A stretch of 20,638 bases of DNA from Thermostichus sp. DRC_bins_24 (GTDB lineage Bacteria; Cyanobacteriota; Cyanobacteriia; Thermostichales; Thermostichaceae): assembly GCA_039794845.1 (NCBI GenBank), contig JAUQVK010000038.1, forward strand, positions 1 to 20,638. Direction: 5' to 3'. The position numbers were made by a program, and so were the translations under genes. The stretch's first letter is position 1. Every line of letters begins with the position of its first letter. The notes under the pieces were generated by a model. It saw only the letters and a program-made list of their open reading frames with translations, was not told the origin of the DNA and ran no database searches. Below are positions 1-8,588 of this stretch, in pieces.

Positions 1-270
1 CGGGCAATGGGAATTGACCTGGGATTGGAGCGATTCTTGACCGCTTCGGATGGCAGCTTCCAAAAGCGACCCAAGTTTTTCCAGTCGAGGCTACACAAGT
101 GGCAATTGCTGCCACGCAGAGCGACTCAAAAACAGAAGGGGGCTCAAAACCGGGAGAAGGCACAAACGAAAGTGGTGAGAAGGCACCATCGGATTGCTAA
201 GCGTCGCCAGGATTTTCACTTGAAGACGGCGCATCAACTGTGCGACCAAGCGCAGACCATCTTTATCGAG
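1..270 (+). mobile_element. tnpB: IS200/IS605-family TnpB (RNA-guided endonuclease) remnant, truncated at RuvC-II
   Basis: Translation has GIDLG (RuvC-I), FLTASDG, a basic helix HHRIAKRRQDFHLKTAHQLC and TIFIE (RuvC-II). The Zn finger and RuvC-III are absent. The frame is open to the left edge of the window. Confidence 0.85.
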
Positions 271-516
271 CGCTGGACAAATCACCGGTTTCGTTCCACG
301 TTGCATCGGGTTGCTTTGCCCAAAGGGGAAGCGGCCTTGCGCTCCCGCTACTCGATTGCCTGCTTCTTCGACCCCGATCTGGAGGCGGTCATCGAGTGTT
401 TGCCCAGCTGCCAAAGCCCAGAACAGCCCGCCCTCTACCCGCCTATCTCTTCCGGGGATTACCTGCGGCTGAAGCTGCAAGAGACGATGAAACAACCTGC
501 CCAAGTCAGATCCTAA
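268..516 (+). pseudogene. C-terminal fragment of an IPNS-like 2OG-Fe(II) oxygenase, fused in frame to the TnpB remnant
   Basis: ERWTNHRFRSTLHRV...RYSIACFFDP...IECLPSCQS...YPPI parallels the C-terminus of the intact oxygenase at 7443-8453 (RWTNDRWRSTLHRV...RLS...IECLPTCQS). The HxD motif is missing. Confidence 0.8.
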
Positions 517-526
517 CTTTATGGGT

Positions 527-1948
527 TTATGGAGATAAACCCATCGCCGCTCGGTAGCGGGTTTCCAAGGCTTGGGTCGCGGCAGAAAGGGACTTCTTGC
601 GCCAAGTGCCCCGTCTGAGGAGCTGTTGTCGTAGGGTTTCTGAGGTGAGATGCGGGGATCCCCGGGGTGGGCAAAATTGTCCGGCTTGGATGAGCCGCTT
701 GCCCCGCACCCAGACGCTCTCCACCACTTGAACAGGTCGGCCCAACACCAACAGGCCAATCGGATCCGTTCGCGGCAACAGAGACAGTTGGGTGAGATCG
801 TAGAGGGCCAGGTCTGCGGATTTGCCCACAGCAATTGAGCCGGTTTCCGCCTCCAACCCCAGCCCTCTGGCTCCTCCCAAGGCGGCCATTTCCAGGCTTT
901 GGCGCGGGGTTATCCAGTGGCGATAGTCGGGATCCGTAACACAGTGCAAGATGCTACCCAGCTTGATCGCTTCCAACAGATCCTGTCCATCACTGCTGGC
1001 GGCACCATCACAGCCCAACGCCACATTCACCCCCGCCTGTCGATATTTCAGGATCGGCGCAATGCCACTGCCCAGTCTCAGGTTGCTCAGAGGGTTATGC
1101 ACCACCGTTGCCCCCGTCTCCGCCAAGAGGGGAATCTCGGCATCACTGAGCCAAACGCAATGGGCCAGGGAGGTGCGTTCGTTAAAATAACCCAGCCGAT
1201 ACAGGTGTTCTGCCCCACCACAGCCATATTTCTCTTGGCAAAGGACTTGTTGGGCCTTGGCCTCCAACAAATGGGAATGGCGGGCCAGCCCATAGCGGTC
1301 GCTCAGCTCCATACAACCGAGGAACAGGGCATCAGAACACAACTGCGGCCCAGACGGCCCCACCGCAATGTGGATCCCGTCTTCCGGTCGATGAAACCGG
1401 TCGATCACCTCCTGCATCAGCTCCAAAAGGCCATCGGTTGGGCGAGTATCCGACGGAAATTTCAGCTTGCCGCCAGACGGGATCCCAGCCTGCATCGATT
1501 CATCCCGAATCAGGGGAGCGACAAAGGCCCGAATACCCATATCCCGATAGGCTCGCACCGCCGCCTCGATCATCGGCAACTCCTGACCGGGAATAAGGCT
1601 GATGTGATCCATCACCGTGGTGCCACCGGAAAGCAAGGTTTCCAAAGCCGTGGCCGCTGCACTCCAGTAGATGGCCTCCATTCCAGCAGGCAATTCCCCG
1701 TAGGTTTCGGAAAGCCACAACTCCAACGGTAACGGCGAGACCAGCCCTCTCAACCAAATTTGGGGTGAATGGGTATGTCCATTGACAAATCCCGGCAGCA
1801 GCAACTTGTGGTGGGCCTCGACGAGGATCCCTTCTGCAGGCAAGTTGGAGCCAATGGCTGAGATGCACCCGCCAGTGATGTGCAGATCGCAAATCTCGTA
1901 ACCATCTGCCGAAGGGATCCAAGCCTGTTGTAGGGTGAAATCAACCAT
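527..1948 (-). CDS. Metal-dependent amidohydrolase, deaminase/chlorohydrolase type (AtzA/TrzA/SsnA/MTA-SAH deaminase-like)
   Basis: 473 aa. Motifs LLLPGFVNGHTHS (HxH), GGTTVMDH, HSHLLE (HxxE), LAHCVW, HNPLSNLRLGSG, LGCDG and GSIAVGKSADL. Confidence 0.9.
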   Translation of the reverse strand: MVDFTLQQAWIPSADGYEICDLHITGGCISAIGSNLPAEGILVEAHHKLLLPGFVNGHTHSPQIWLRGLVSPLPLELWLSETYGELPAGMEAIYWSAAATALETLLSGGTTVMDHISLIPGQELPMIEAAVRAYRDMGIRAFVAPLIRDESMQAGIPSGGKLKFPSDTRPTDGLLELMQEVIDRFHRPEDGIHIAVGPSGPQLCSDALFLGCMELSDRYGLARHSHLLEAKAQQVLCQEKYGCGGAEHLYRLGYFNERTSLAHCVWLSDAEIPLLAETGATVVHNPLSNLRLGSGIAPILKYRQAGVNVALGCDGAASSDGQDLLEAIKLGSILHCVTDPDYRHWITPRQSLEMAALGGARGLGLEAETGSIAVGKSADLALYDLTQLSLLPRTDPIGLLVLGRPVQVVESVWVRGKRLIQAGQFCPPRGSPHLTSETLRQQLLRRGTWRKKSLSAATQALETRYRAAMGLSP

Positions 1949-2040
1949 TACAGCCTTTTCCGGCGTTATCCATTACAGTCGTTGACCCTCCGGAACAATC
2001 CCTTGCCTTACACCCTACGTGAAGTCGGAAAAGGCTATAA
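1948..2040 (-). promoter_or_regulatory. Inverted repeat whose 3' arm covers the RBS and first base of the amidohydrolase start codon
   Basis: mRNA arms UUAUAGCCUUUUCCGAC (2040-2024) and GCCGGAAAAGGCUGUAA (1964-1948) give 15 contiguous pairs including one G-U, then an A-C mismatch and a further C-G pair. Confidence 0.55.
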
Positions 2041-2184
2041 GACCAACGCGTTTGTTCACAAAATCGAGAGTGTAGGCTTGGGTGTGGCCAAAATCTGCAG
2101 GCAACAACTCGACCAGTACCATATCGGCAAAAAGGCTGATGAACAGGGCTTTTGCAACGCAGACGAACCTTTTACTTGCAAATC

Positions 2185-2227
2185 ATTTTGTGCAGGTCAT
2201 CCCCCTTCGTTCTGTGTTCTCAGATAC
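2185..2227 (-). promoter_or_regulatory. Candidate NtcA-type site and weak -10 upstream of the amidohydrolase
   Basis: Minus strand GTA-TCTGAGAA-CAC (2227-2214), one mismatch to GTAN8TAC, then 23 nt, then CAAAAT. Confidence 0.4.
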
Positions 2228-2325
2228 CGAGCAACAGCTGTGGCCAGCCAGAAAGCAAAAGGGCCAAGTGCTATAGCCCCTCATGACTATTCCGTTGTTT
2301 TGGCAGGAAGCCCGGATCCCTTCTC

Positions 2326-2374
2326 GATCAAATAATCAAACAAATGATCAAATGCAAATATCAAATTATCAAAT
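2326..2374. repeat. AT-rich degenerate short tandem repeat, (AT)CAAA(T) x7
   Basis: gatcaaat aatcaaa caaat gatcaaat gcaaat atcaaat tatcaaat; overlaps the frr stop codon. Confidence 0.7.
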
Positions 2375-2917
2375 GGTGCTCAGTTCCTTCTCTTTCTCCG
2401 CCAGCAGCTCATCCACCTTCTTGATGTAGCGGTCGGTTAACTTTTGGATGTCCTCTTGCAGGCCTTTCGACTCATCTTCGGAAAGCTCGCCGTTTTTCTC
2501 CCGCTTGCGCACCGAATCGATCCCATCCCGCCGGATATTCCGAATCGAAACCCGGCCTTCTTCCGCCAGCTTGGCCACCTGTTTGCTGAGTTCTTTGCGG
2601 CGCTCCTCCGTCAGGGGGGGAATGTTGAGCCGCACCACCTTGCCGTCGTTGCTAGGATTTAAACCCAAGTCAGAAGCTACGATTGCCCGCTCAATCGCCG
2701 CCAGAGTGGAGGGATCAAAAGGCTGAATCAGAAGGGTGCTGGAGTCGGGAGTGGTGAGGTTGGCCAAGGCTTTCAGGGGGGTGGGCACCCCGTAATACTC
2801 TACCTGAATACGATCCAACAGGCTGGAATTGGCCCGCCCGGTGCGCACCGTATTAAAGGATCGCTGCGTAGCTTGCACAGCTTTGCCCATTAGCTCTTCC
2901 ACTTCAGCTAGCTCCAC
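2369..2917 (-). CDS. frr: Ribosome recycling factor
   Basis: Motifs [29 protein letters not shown] and RNIRRD. GTG start at 2917 follows GAAGGAG and gives 182 aa. Confidence 0.97.
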   Translation of the reverse strand: MELAEVEELMGKAVQATQRSFNTVRTGRANSSLLDRIQVEYYGVPTPLKALANLTTPDSSTLLIQPFDPSTLAAIERAIVASDLGLNPSNDGKVVRLNIPPLTEERRKELSKQVAKLAEEGRVSIRNIRRDGIDSVRKREKNGELSEDESKGLQEDIQKLTDRYIKKVDELLAEKEKELSTI

Positions 2918-3190
2918 GGGGGCTCCTTCGCATTCAAGACACACACGACACAGTTGGGCTCAGAGACACAGGCGTGGATGGCAGGTAAGCCCAGCGTGAA
3001 CCCGTCCTTAATTTTACTGCCTCGTCGGGATCCGCAAGGGATCCCTGTCCCCATTCGGCCCGATCCCTCTACCAGTGGGGCTGCCGATCCTAAAGAAGAT
3101 CCTCAGTTTCCTTGAGAAATGCCCCCCATCAGGATGGTACGAATGCAAAACATCTCTTAGCCTACGGGAACAGTTGATCTCTTGACCACC

Positions 3191-3757
3191 ATGGCTTTTT
3201 ACGTTCGGAATTCCCGCTGGTCTCTGCTGTTCGGGTTGAGTGTGCTCGGCCTTGGAGCGCCCACGTTGGCCCAAGAACAAATTGTCTCCCCCAACGCCTA
3301 CAAAGTGCCCTACTTGGGGGTGGATGGCACCTTTACCCTCGATACCTCCCTAGAGCAGTCTGCCAATGATCCGCGCAACCCCAAGCGGGTCAAGTTTGAA
3401 AAAATGGAGTTTTTTTCCTTTTACGCTGATTTGGAGGGCACAGAACCCTTGGCCGAGAACTGCCGCTACGTCTATCGGGGGGCGGCTGGGGATCCCTTCT
3501 TTTTCCCTGAGCGTTCTTTGGGATCCATCTGGGATTTGTTTCAACTGCGGCAAGGGTCGGATGCCAGTTGTGAAGCCTTCACCTATGTGATCCTGCGGGC
3601 TCCCCACGGGGATCCGGTGCACATGCACATGCGCTACGGCGACAACAGCACGGGTTTTCAGACCCTTTTGGACATCAGTACGCTGCCGGAAGATGCCGCC
3701 AGCTTTAACCCTTGGTGGAGCACCTACTGTGCAGAGGGGGTAACTGCCTGTGATTGA
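3191..3757 (+). CDS. Hypothetical secreted protein
   Basis: N-terminal signal peptide (MAFYVRNSRWSLLFGLSVLGLGAPTLA-QE), four Cys, host-like composition, fills the gap between frr and recR. Confidence 0.7.
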   Translation: MAFYVRNSRWSLLFGLSVLGLGAPTLAQEQIVSPNAYKVPYLGVDGTFTLDTSLEQSANDPRNPKRVKFEKMEFFSFYADLEGTEPLAENCRYVYRGAAGDPFFFPERSLGSIWDLFQLRQGSDASCEAFTYVILRAPHGDPVHMHMRYGDNSTGFQTLLDISTLPEDAASFNPWWSTYCAEGVTACD

Positions 3758-3764
3758 GCCGGGG

Positions 3765-4364
3765 TCATAGCTCTCTGCGGGCTTCTAGGGCACGGGCCAG
3801 GGTGACTTCATCGGCGTATTCTAGGTCGGATCCCATCGGCAGGCCGAAGGCGAGGCGGGTCATGTGCAAACTGGGGGAAACCTGCTTCAAAAAGTCTTTG
3901 ATGACGTGCATGGTCACCTCGCCCTCGACACTGGGGCTAAGGGCAAAGATCAGCTCCTGGGGTTTCTCCTGGGCTACCCGTGCCACCAACTCGCGAATAT
4001 GCAGTTGATCCACTCCGATTCCGTTCATGGGGGAAATGAGACCCCCCAAAACGTGGTAACGCCCTTTGAACTCGCGAGTTCGTTCCAGGGCGATCAAGTC
4101 CTTCGCCTCCGCCACCACGCACCAAACCGAGGGATCCCGTTGGGGGGAACGACAGATCTCACAGGGATCCTCCGCCGACCAGTTAAAGCAAATGGAGCAA
4201 TGCTTCACGGTTTGCTTGGCTTCCAAAAGGGCTTGGGCCAGGGCTTCGATCTCGGTGACGGGCCGATTGATCAAATGCAAAGCTAGGCGCTGAGCAGTTT
4301 TGGAGCCAATGCCGGGTAGCCGTTGCAACTCCTCGATCAGGCGAGCGAGCGGACGTGTGTACAT
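3765..4364 (-). CDS. recR: Recombination mediator RecR
   Basis: [13 protein letters not shown]hH, C4 zinc finger (CSIC...CEIC), [25 protein letters not shown]. Confidence 0.97.
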   Translation of the reverse strand: MYTRPLARLIEELQRLPGIGSKTAQRLALHLINRPVTEIEALAQALLEAKQTVKHCSICFNWSAEDPCEICRSPQRDPSVWCVVAEAKDLIALERTREFKGRYHVLGGLISPMNGIGVDQLHIRELVARVAQEKPQELIFALSPSVEGEVTMHVIKDFLKQVSPSLHMTRLAFGLPMGSDLEYADEVTLARALEARREL

Positions 4365-4385
4365 AAAGGCTCAGGGTGAGAGGGA

Positions 4386-4721
4386 TCAGCCCAATCCCAG
4401 CCCCGGCAAGCTGATGTCGCCCGTCAACTCTTCCATCCGTTTGCGCATGGTTTCGGCAGACTGGGTGTAGGCGTTGACCATAGCCGTCAGCACCAGATCT
4501 TCAAGCACATCCGGGGCTTCTTTTAGGGCTTCGGGATCCAGAGAAACTTTCAGGGGCTCTTGGTTGCCGTTGACGGTCACCTTCACCAGCCCGTTGCCGG
4601 CTTCCCCGACGATTTCCATCTCTTCTAGCTCCTTTTGGAGCTTTTGAGCGCCATCGCGCACCTGCTGGGCTTTCTTGAGCGCTTCTTGGATTTTGCCGAA
4701 TGGGCCAAAGCCTCGCGTCAT
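4386..4721 (-). CDS. ybaB: YbaB/EbfC nucleoid-associated protein
   Basis: AQKLQKELEEMEIVGEAGNGLVKVTVNGNQEP...LEDLV; canonical position upstream of recR. Confidence 0.93.
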   Translation of the reverse strand: MTRGFGPFGKIQEALKKAQQVRDGAQKLQKELEEMEIVGEAGNGLVKVTVNGNQEPLKVSLDPEALKEAPDVLEDLVLTAMVNAYTQSAETMRKRMEELTGDISLPGLGLG

Positions 4722-4899
4722 GGGATCCTCTTCTGAATTCAGATCACTGCTGTACTACTCTACCCGTTTCCTCCCATCGGTCAAAGCACCGGAAAATCTG
4801 GGTAAGATCCGCCTACCTTAGGTTGCCGTTAACCCTGGCGGATTATCCTCACAAATAAGCACAGACCCCATACTGACTCTGGCAATCTCTGGAGGCGCA

Positions 4900-5799
4900 A
4901 TGGCCCAACTTTTGCAGGATCCCCAATCCCCACCATCCACCGAACCCACCTCCACTCGGGTGGAGTCTTCTCTGTTCTCTTTGCAGGGATGGATCCCGGA
5001 GCGCTGGTACGTGCATCTGGGCCTGTTGTTGGCCTGTTTGGTGCTGGGGTTCCCGGTGTTGTATGCCCTAATCGTCAGCACCCAGAACAATGCCGAGGTG
5101 TTTCGCTACCAATTCACCTTCGGCTCTTCCTTTGGTTTCAACTGGCGGCAGGTGATGGTGTCGCGGCACTTGGGAAGCTATATGCTCAACAGCACGATCA
5201 TGGCGGTGGCAATCACCGTCGGCAAAACCGTTTTGTCTCTGCTGGCGGGCTTGGCCTTTGTCTACTTTCGCTTTCCGGGCAAATGGCTGGTGTTTGGCTT
5301 TGTGCTCATCACCCTGATGATGCCCACCGAAATTTTGATCATCGCCCTGCTGCGTTTTGTAACCAACTTGGGCTGGGGATCCACCTACTACGCCTTGATC
5401 GTGCCTTTTTTGGCCAGTGCCACCGCCACCTTCCTATTCCGGCAACATTTTTCCAACATCCCCAGTGAGCTTTCGGAGGCCGCCCAATTGGATGGGGCCA
5501 ACCCGCTGCAGTTTCTCACCCGGGTGCTGATCCCTCTCAGTTGGAACGCCATTGGGGCCCAGGCGGTGATTCACTTCGTCTACGCTTGGAATATGTACCT
5601 GTGGCCGCGCCTGATCGTGCAAGGCCGAGAGAACCAGGTGGTGCAGGTGGGGTTGCAATCGCTGCTCAACCTGGATAGCTCCGCTTCCTATGGCCCGATG
5701 ATGTTGGGGGCGATTGTCGCCAGCATCCCGCCGCTGGTGGTGTTTGTGTTGTTGCAGAAGCCCTTCATGAGCGGTTTTGCCTTGGCCCGCGACAAGTGA
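4900..5799 (+). CDS. Carbohydrate ABC transporter permease (UgpE/MalG-like)
   Basis: Several TM segments, EAA loop IPSELSEAAQLDGA, WNMYLWP and FLFRQHF; GGAGG RBS at 4891. Confidence 0.9.
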   Translation: MAQLLQDPQSPPSTEPTSTRVESSLFSLQGWIPERWYVHLGLLLACLVLGFPVLYALIVSTQNNAEVFRYQFTFGSSFGFNWRQVMVSRHLGSYMLNSTIMAVAITVGKTVLSLLAGLAFVYFRFPGKWLVFGFVLITLMMPTEILIIALLRFVTNLGWGSTYYALIVPFLASATATFLFRQHFSNIPSELSEAAQLDGANPLQFLTRVLIPLSWNAIGAQAVIHFVYAWNMYLWPRLIVQGRENQVVQVGLQSLLNLDSSASYGPMMLGAIVASIPPLVVFVLLQKPFMSGFALARDK

Positions 5800-5833
5800 A
5801 TGGGCCCCAGCCCTTCTTTGAGTGTCTGAATCC

Positions 5834-7342
5834 ATGTCCCGAGATCTGCGTCGCTTTATCACCCTGTTGGAGTCCCGCGGCCAGTTGCGCCGCATTGCCG
5901 CAGAGGTGGATCCCGACCTGGAAATTGCCGAGATCGCTGAGCGGATGTTGGCTTGTGGTGGGCCGGCCCTGTTGTTCGAGCGGGTGAAGGGATCCCGCCT
6001 GCCGCTGTTGATCAATGCCCTGGGCACGGTGGAGCGCATCTGCTGGGCCATGGGCATGGAGCAGCCCCAAGAGCTGGAAACCCTGGGCAAAAAATTGGCC
6101 CTGCTCTACCAGCCGCGTCCCCCGAAAAAGTTCTCCCAGGCGGTGGAGCTGGGGCAGGCTTTGTTCAGCGTGCTTAAGGCCAAACCCGGCCGCGATCTGT
6201 TGCCCCCCTGTCAGCAGGTGGTGGTGCGGGAAGAGGCGGTGGATCTGACGCAATTGCCCCTGTTGCGGGTCTACCCGGGGGATGCCGGGCGGGTGCTGAC
6301 GCTGGGGCTGATGGTGACCAAAGACCCGGAAAACGGGATCCCGAATGTAGGGGTCTATCGCCTGCAGCTGCAAAGCCGCAACACCATGACGGTGCAGTGG
6401 CTGTCGGTGCGGGGGGCAACCCGACACTTGCGCAAAGCAGCTGCCCTGGGCAAAAAGTTGGAGGTGGCCGTTGCGGTCGGGGTGGATCCCTTGGTGATTA
6501 TGGCGGCAGCCACCCCGGTGCCGGTGGACCTGTCGGAGTGGTTGTTTGCCGGCCTTTATGCGGGGGAAGGGCTCCACCTGGCCCAATGTAAGACCGTCGA
6601 TTTGCAGGTGCCTGCCCAGTCGGAGATCGTCTTGGAAGGTACGATCACCCCCGGAGAAGTGGCCCCCGATGGCCCCGCCGGAGATCACATCGGCTATTAC
6701 GGCCCCCGCAACGAGCAGGCCCCCCTGATCCGGTTTCACTGCCTCACCCACCGCCGCGATCCGATCTATCTCACCACCTTCAGCGGCAAGCCTCCCAAAG
6801 AAAATGACATGATGGCTCTGGCCCTGAACCGGGTGTATACCCCCATCCTGAGGCAGCAGGTGCCGGAGATCGTGGATTTCTTTTTGCCGATGGAAGCCCT
6901 GGGCTACAAGGCGGCAATTCTTTCGATCGACAAAGCCTACCCCGGCCAAGCACGGCGGGCGGCCCTGGCTTTTTGGAGCGCGCTGCCCCAGTTCAGCTAC
7001 ACCAAGTTTGTGATCGTGGTGGACAAAGACATCAACGTTCGGGATCCGCGGGCGGTCGTGTGGTGCCTCTGTTCGCGGGTGGATCCGCAGCGGGATGTGT
7101 TCATTCTGCCGGATAACCCCTTCGATGCCCTCGATTTTGCCACGGAAAAACGCGGCCTTGGGGGCAAAATGGGCATTGATGCCACCACCAAGATCCCCCC
7201 CGAAACCGATTCCCTCTGGCGGGATCCCCTCACCTCTGATCCTGAGGTGGCGAAGCTGGTTGATCGCCGTTGGGCAGAGTATGGCCTGGCGGATGTGAAC
7301 TTGCAAGCAGCGGATCCCCGCCTGTTCGGCTATGAGCTTTAG
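5834..7342 (+). CDS. ubiD: UbiD-family prFMN-dependent decarboxylase (probably 4-hydroxy-3-polyprenylbenzoate decarboxylase)
   Basis: DLRRFITLLE, VDPDLEIAEI, NVGVYRLQ, EIVLEG, DGPAGDHIGYY, KFVIVVDKDINVRD and KMGIDAT. Confidence 0.95.
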   Translation: MSRDLRRFITLLESRGQLRRIAAEVDPDLEIAEIAERMLACGGPALLFERVKGSRLPLLINALGTVERICWAMGMEQPQELETLGKKLALLYQPRPPKKFSQAVELGQALFSVLKAKPGRDLLPPCQQVVVREEAVDLTQLPLLRVYPGDAGRVLTLGLMVTKDPENGIPNVGVYRLQLQSRNTMTVQWLSVRGATRHLRKAAALGKKLEVAVAVGVDPLVIMAAATPVPVDLSEWLFAGLYAGEGLHLAQCKTVDLQVPAQSEIVLEGTITPGEVAPDGPAGDHIGYYGPRNEQAPLIRFHCLTHRRDPIYLTTFSGKPPKENDMMALALNRVYTPILRQQVPEIVDFFLPMEALGYKAAILSIDKAYPGQARRAALAFWSALPQFSYTKFVIVVDKDINVRDPRAVVWCLCSRVDPQRDVFILPDNPFDALDFATEKRGLGGKMGIDATTKIPPETDSLWRDPLTSDPEVAKLVDRRWAEYGLADVNLQAADPRLFGYEL

Positions 7343-7442
7343 GTGCCGAGGGGGTGACAATCGCAGGTACAGCCACTCCAAATAAATCCAAATAAAAACG
7401 ATTGCAATGACCGTAAAATGCCCATGGAGAGGTCATCAATCC

Positions 7443-8453
7443 TTACTTCACAACAGACGCTTCAATCTTGCGGCGAATATACTCACCCGCCCTAACGGCT
7501 TCATAGCGAGGTGGGTTACTCTCACTTTGGCAGGTGGGTAAACATTCAATCCAAGCATCCGCCCGTGGGCCGGTGAAATAAACCAGGGAAAGTCGCCGGG
7601 TCGAGCCGGAAAGGTTCCTGGGTGGATTGATGACTCGATGTAACGTGGAGCGCCAACGATCATTGGTCCAGCGAGCAATCAAATCCCCGACGTTAATCAC
7701 AAAGGAGTTTGGCAGAGGTTTCACATCTACCCACTCCCCAGACTGCAAACATACCTGTAAACCCCCAGGCGCTTGATCCTGTAGAAGAATGGTCAGGCCC
7801 CCATAGTCAGAATGAGCTCCATAGCGAAGCTGCCCCGGCAAAGGCTCTTGAGGTTGATCGGGGTAATGCACCGCTCGAAACACGCCCCCATTGGGATCCA
7901 TAAATGGGATGAAATACTCCTCGGGCAAATCCAAAGCCAATGCGCTGATTCGCATCAATGTATGGCTGAGATCAAACAAAGCTTGACTGAAAGCCAAGAA
8001 AGATGCTCGCAGCCTAGGTGGGTAGACCGGCCAAGGATTGCCAGAATCCGGATCTATCCCCCCTTGAGGTCGGCCAGGATTCTCTTTGACCAGGTTGAGG
8101 AACATCAAGGCCTCACACAAGTCTGGAGGAGCTTCTTCATTGCGTGTAGCAGCAACACTGTCTACCCCGAAGGGAATATAACCCCGATTGGATAGTCGAT
8201 CGGGCAGGGTGGCTTTCAACTTTTCCTCCAGTGGCCGATCGAAAAAAGCAATCGCCTGGCGGTAGGCTGCCTCCGATAAGGATTCAGGGATCCCATGCCC
8301 TGTAATGGCCACAAACCCTACTTCCTCCAGAGCTTTGCCAAACTCACGAGCTACCCCTCCCTTATCCGTTGCACCCAGAAAGGGAGCAATGTCAACGCAA
8401 GGGATCCCTTGAGCATAGGAGAGCACAGGCTCTGGTGTCGCAGTCTCAGGCAT
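7443..8453 (-). CDS. IPNS-like 2OG-Fe(II) oxygenase (DIOX_N plus 2OG-FeII_Oxy domains)
   Basis: IPCVDI, GFVAITGHGI, GAHSDYGGLTIL (HxD), INVGDLIARWTND, STLHRV (distal His) and RLS (RxS). ATG 8453 is preferred because the predicted promoter lies over ATG 8480. Confidence 0.92.
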   Translation of the reverse strand: MPETATPEPVLSYAQGIPCVDIAPFLGATDKGGVAREFGKALEEVGFVAITGHGIPESLSEAAYRQAIAFFDRPLEEKLKATLPDRLSNRGYIPFGVDSVAATRNEEAPPDLCEALMFLNLVKENPGRPQGGIDPDSGNPWPVYPPRLRASFLAFSQALFDLSHTLMRISALALDLPEEYFIPFMDPNGGVFRAVHYPDQPQEPLPGQLRYGAHSDYGGLTILLQDQAPGGLQVCLQSGEWVDVKPLPNSFVINVGDLIARWTNDRWRSTLHRVINPPRNLSGSTRRLSLVYFTGPRADAWIECLPTCQSESNPPRYEAVRAGEYIRRKIEASVVK

Positions 8454-8481
8454 GGCCGAATAGGTGAACTTCCAGCTCATT

Positions 8482-8523
8482 ACCCTATGGGAGAAGGAGG
8501 CCAGGTTTTGTGGCAACAGATAC
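8482..8523 (-). promoter_or_regulatory. Candidate NtcA-activated (class II) promoter for the oxygenase
   Basis: Minus strand GTA-TCTGTTGC-CAC (8523-8510), 22 nt, then TAGGGT (TAN3T, 8487-8482). Confidence 0.6.
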
Positions 8524-8588
8524 AATAACGAATTGCTTGCAATGTAAGGATTGCTCTACTTCAAGGGTTAAATGGGAGCTTTAGGGCG

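Noticed and set aside
270..530. TnpB omegaRNA / IS right end downstream of the tnpB remnant
   Set aside because: This sequence is oxygenase-coding; the tnpB 3' region that would carry the RNA is deleted.
1982..2335. 117-aa plus-strand ORF in the amidohydrolase-frr gap
   Set aside because: TTG start, no RBS and no motifs; the region is better explained as the promoter and leader of the minus-strand gene.
5765..7381. 538-aa ORF antisense to ubiD
   Set aside because: Shadow frame of a high-GC3 gene; no recognisable motifs and the sense gene is clearly real.
8544..8559. GTA...TAC upstream of the BMP gene as a second NtcA site
   Set aside because: The spacer is 10 nt rather than 8.
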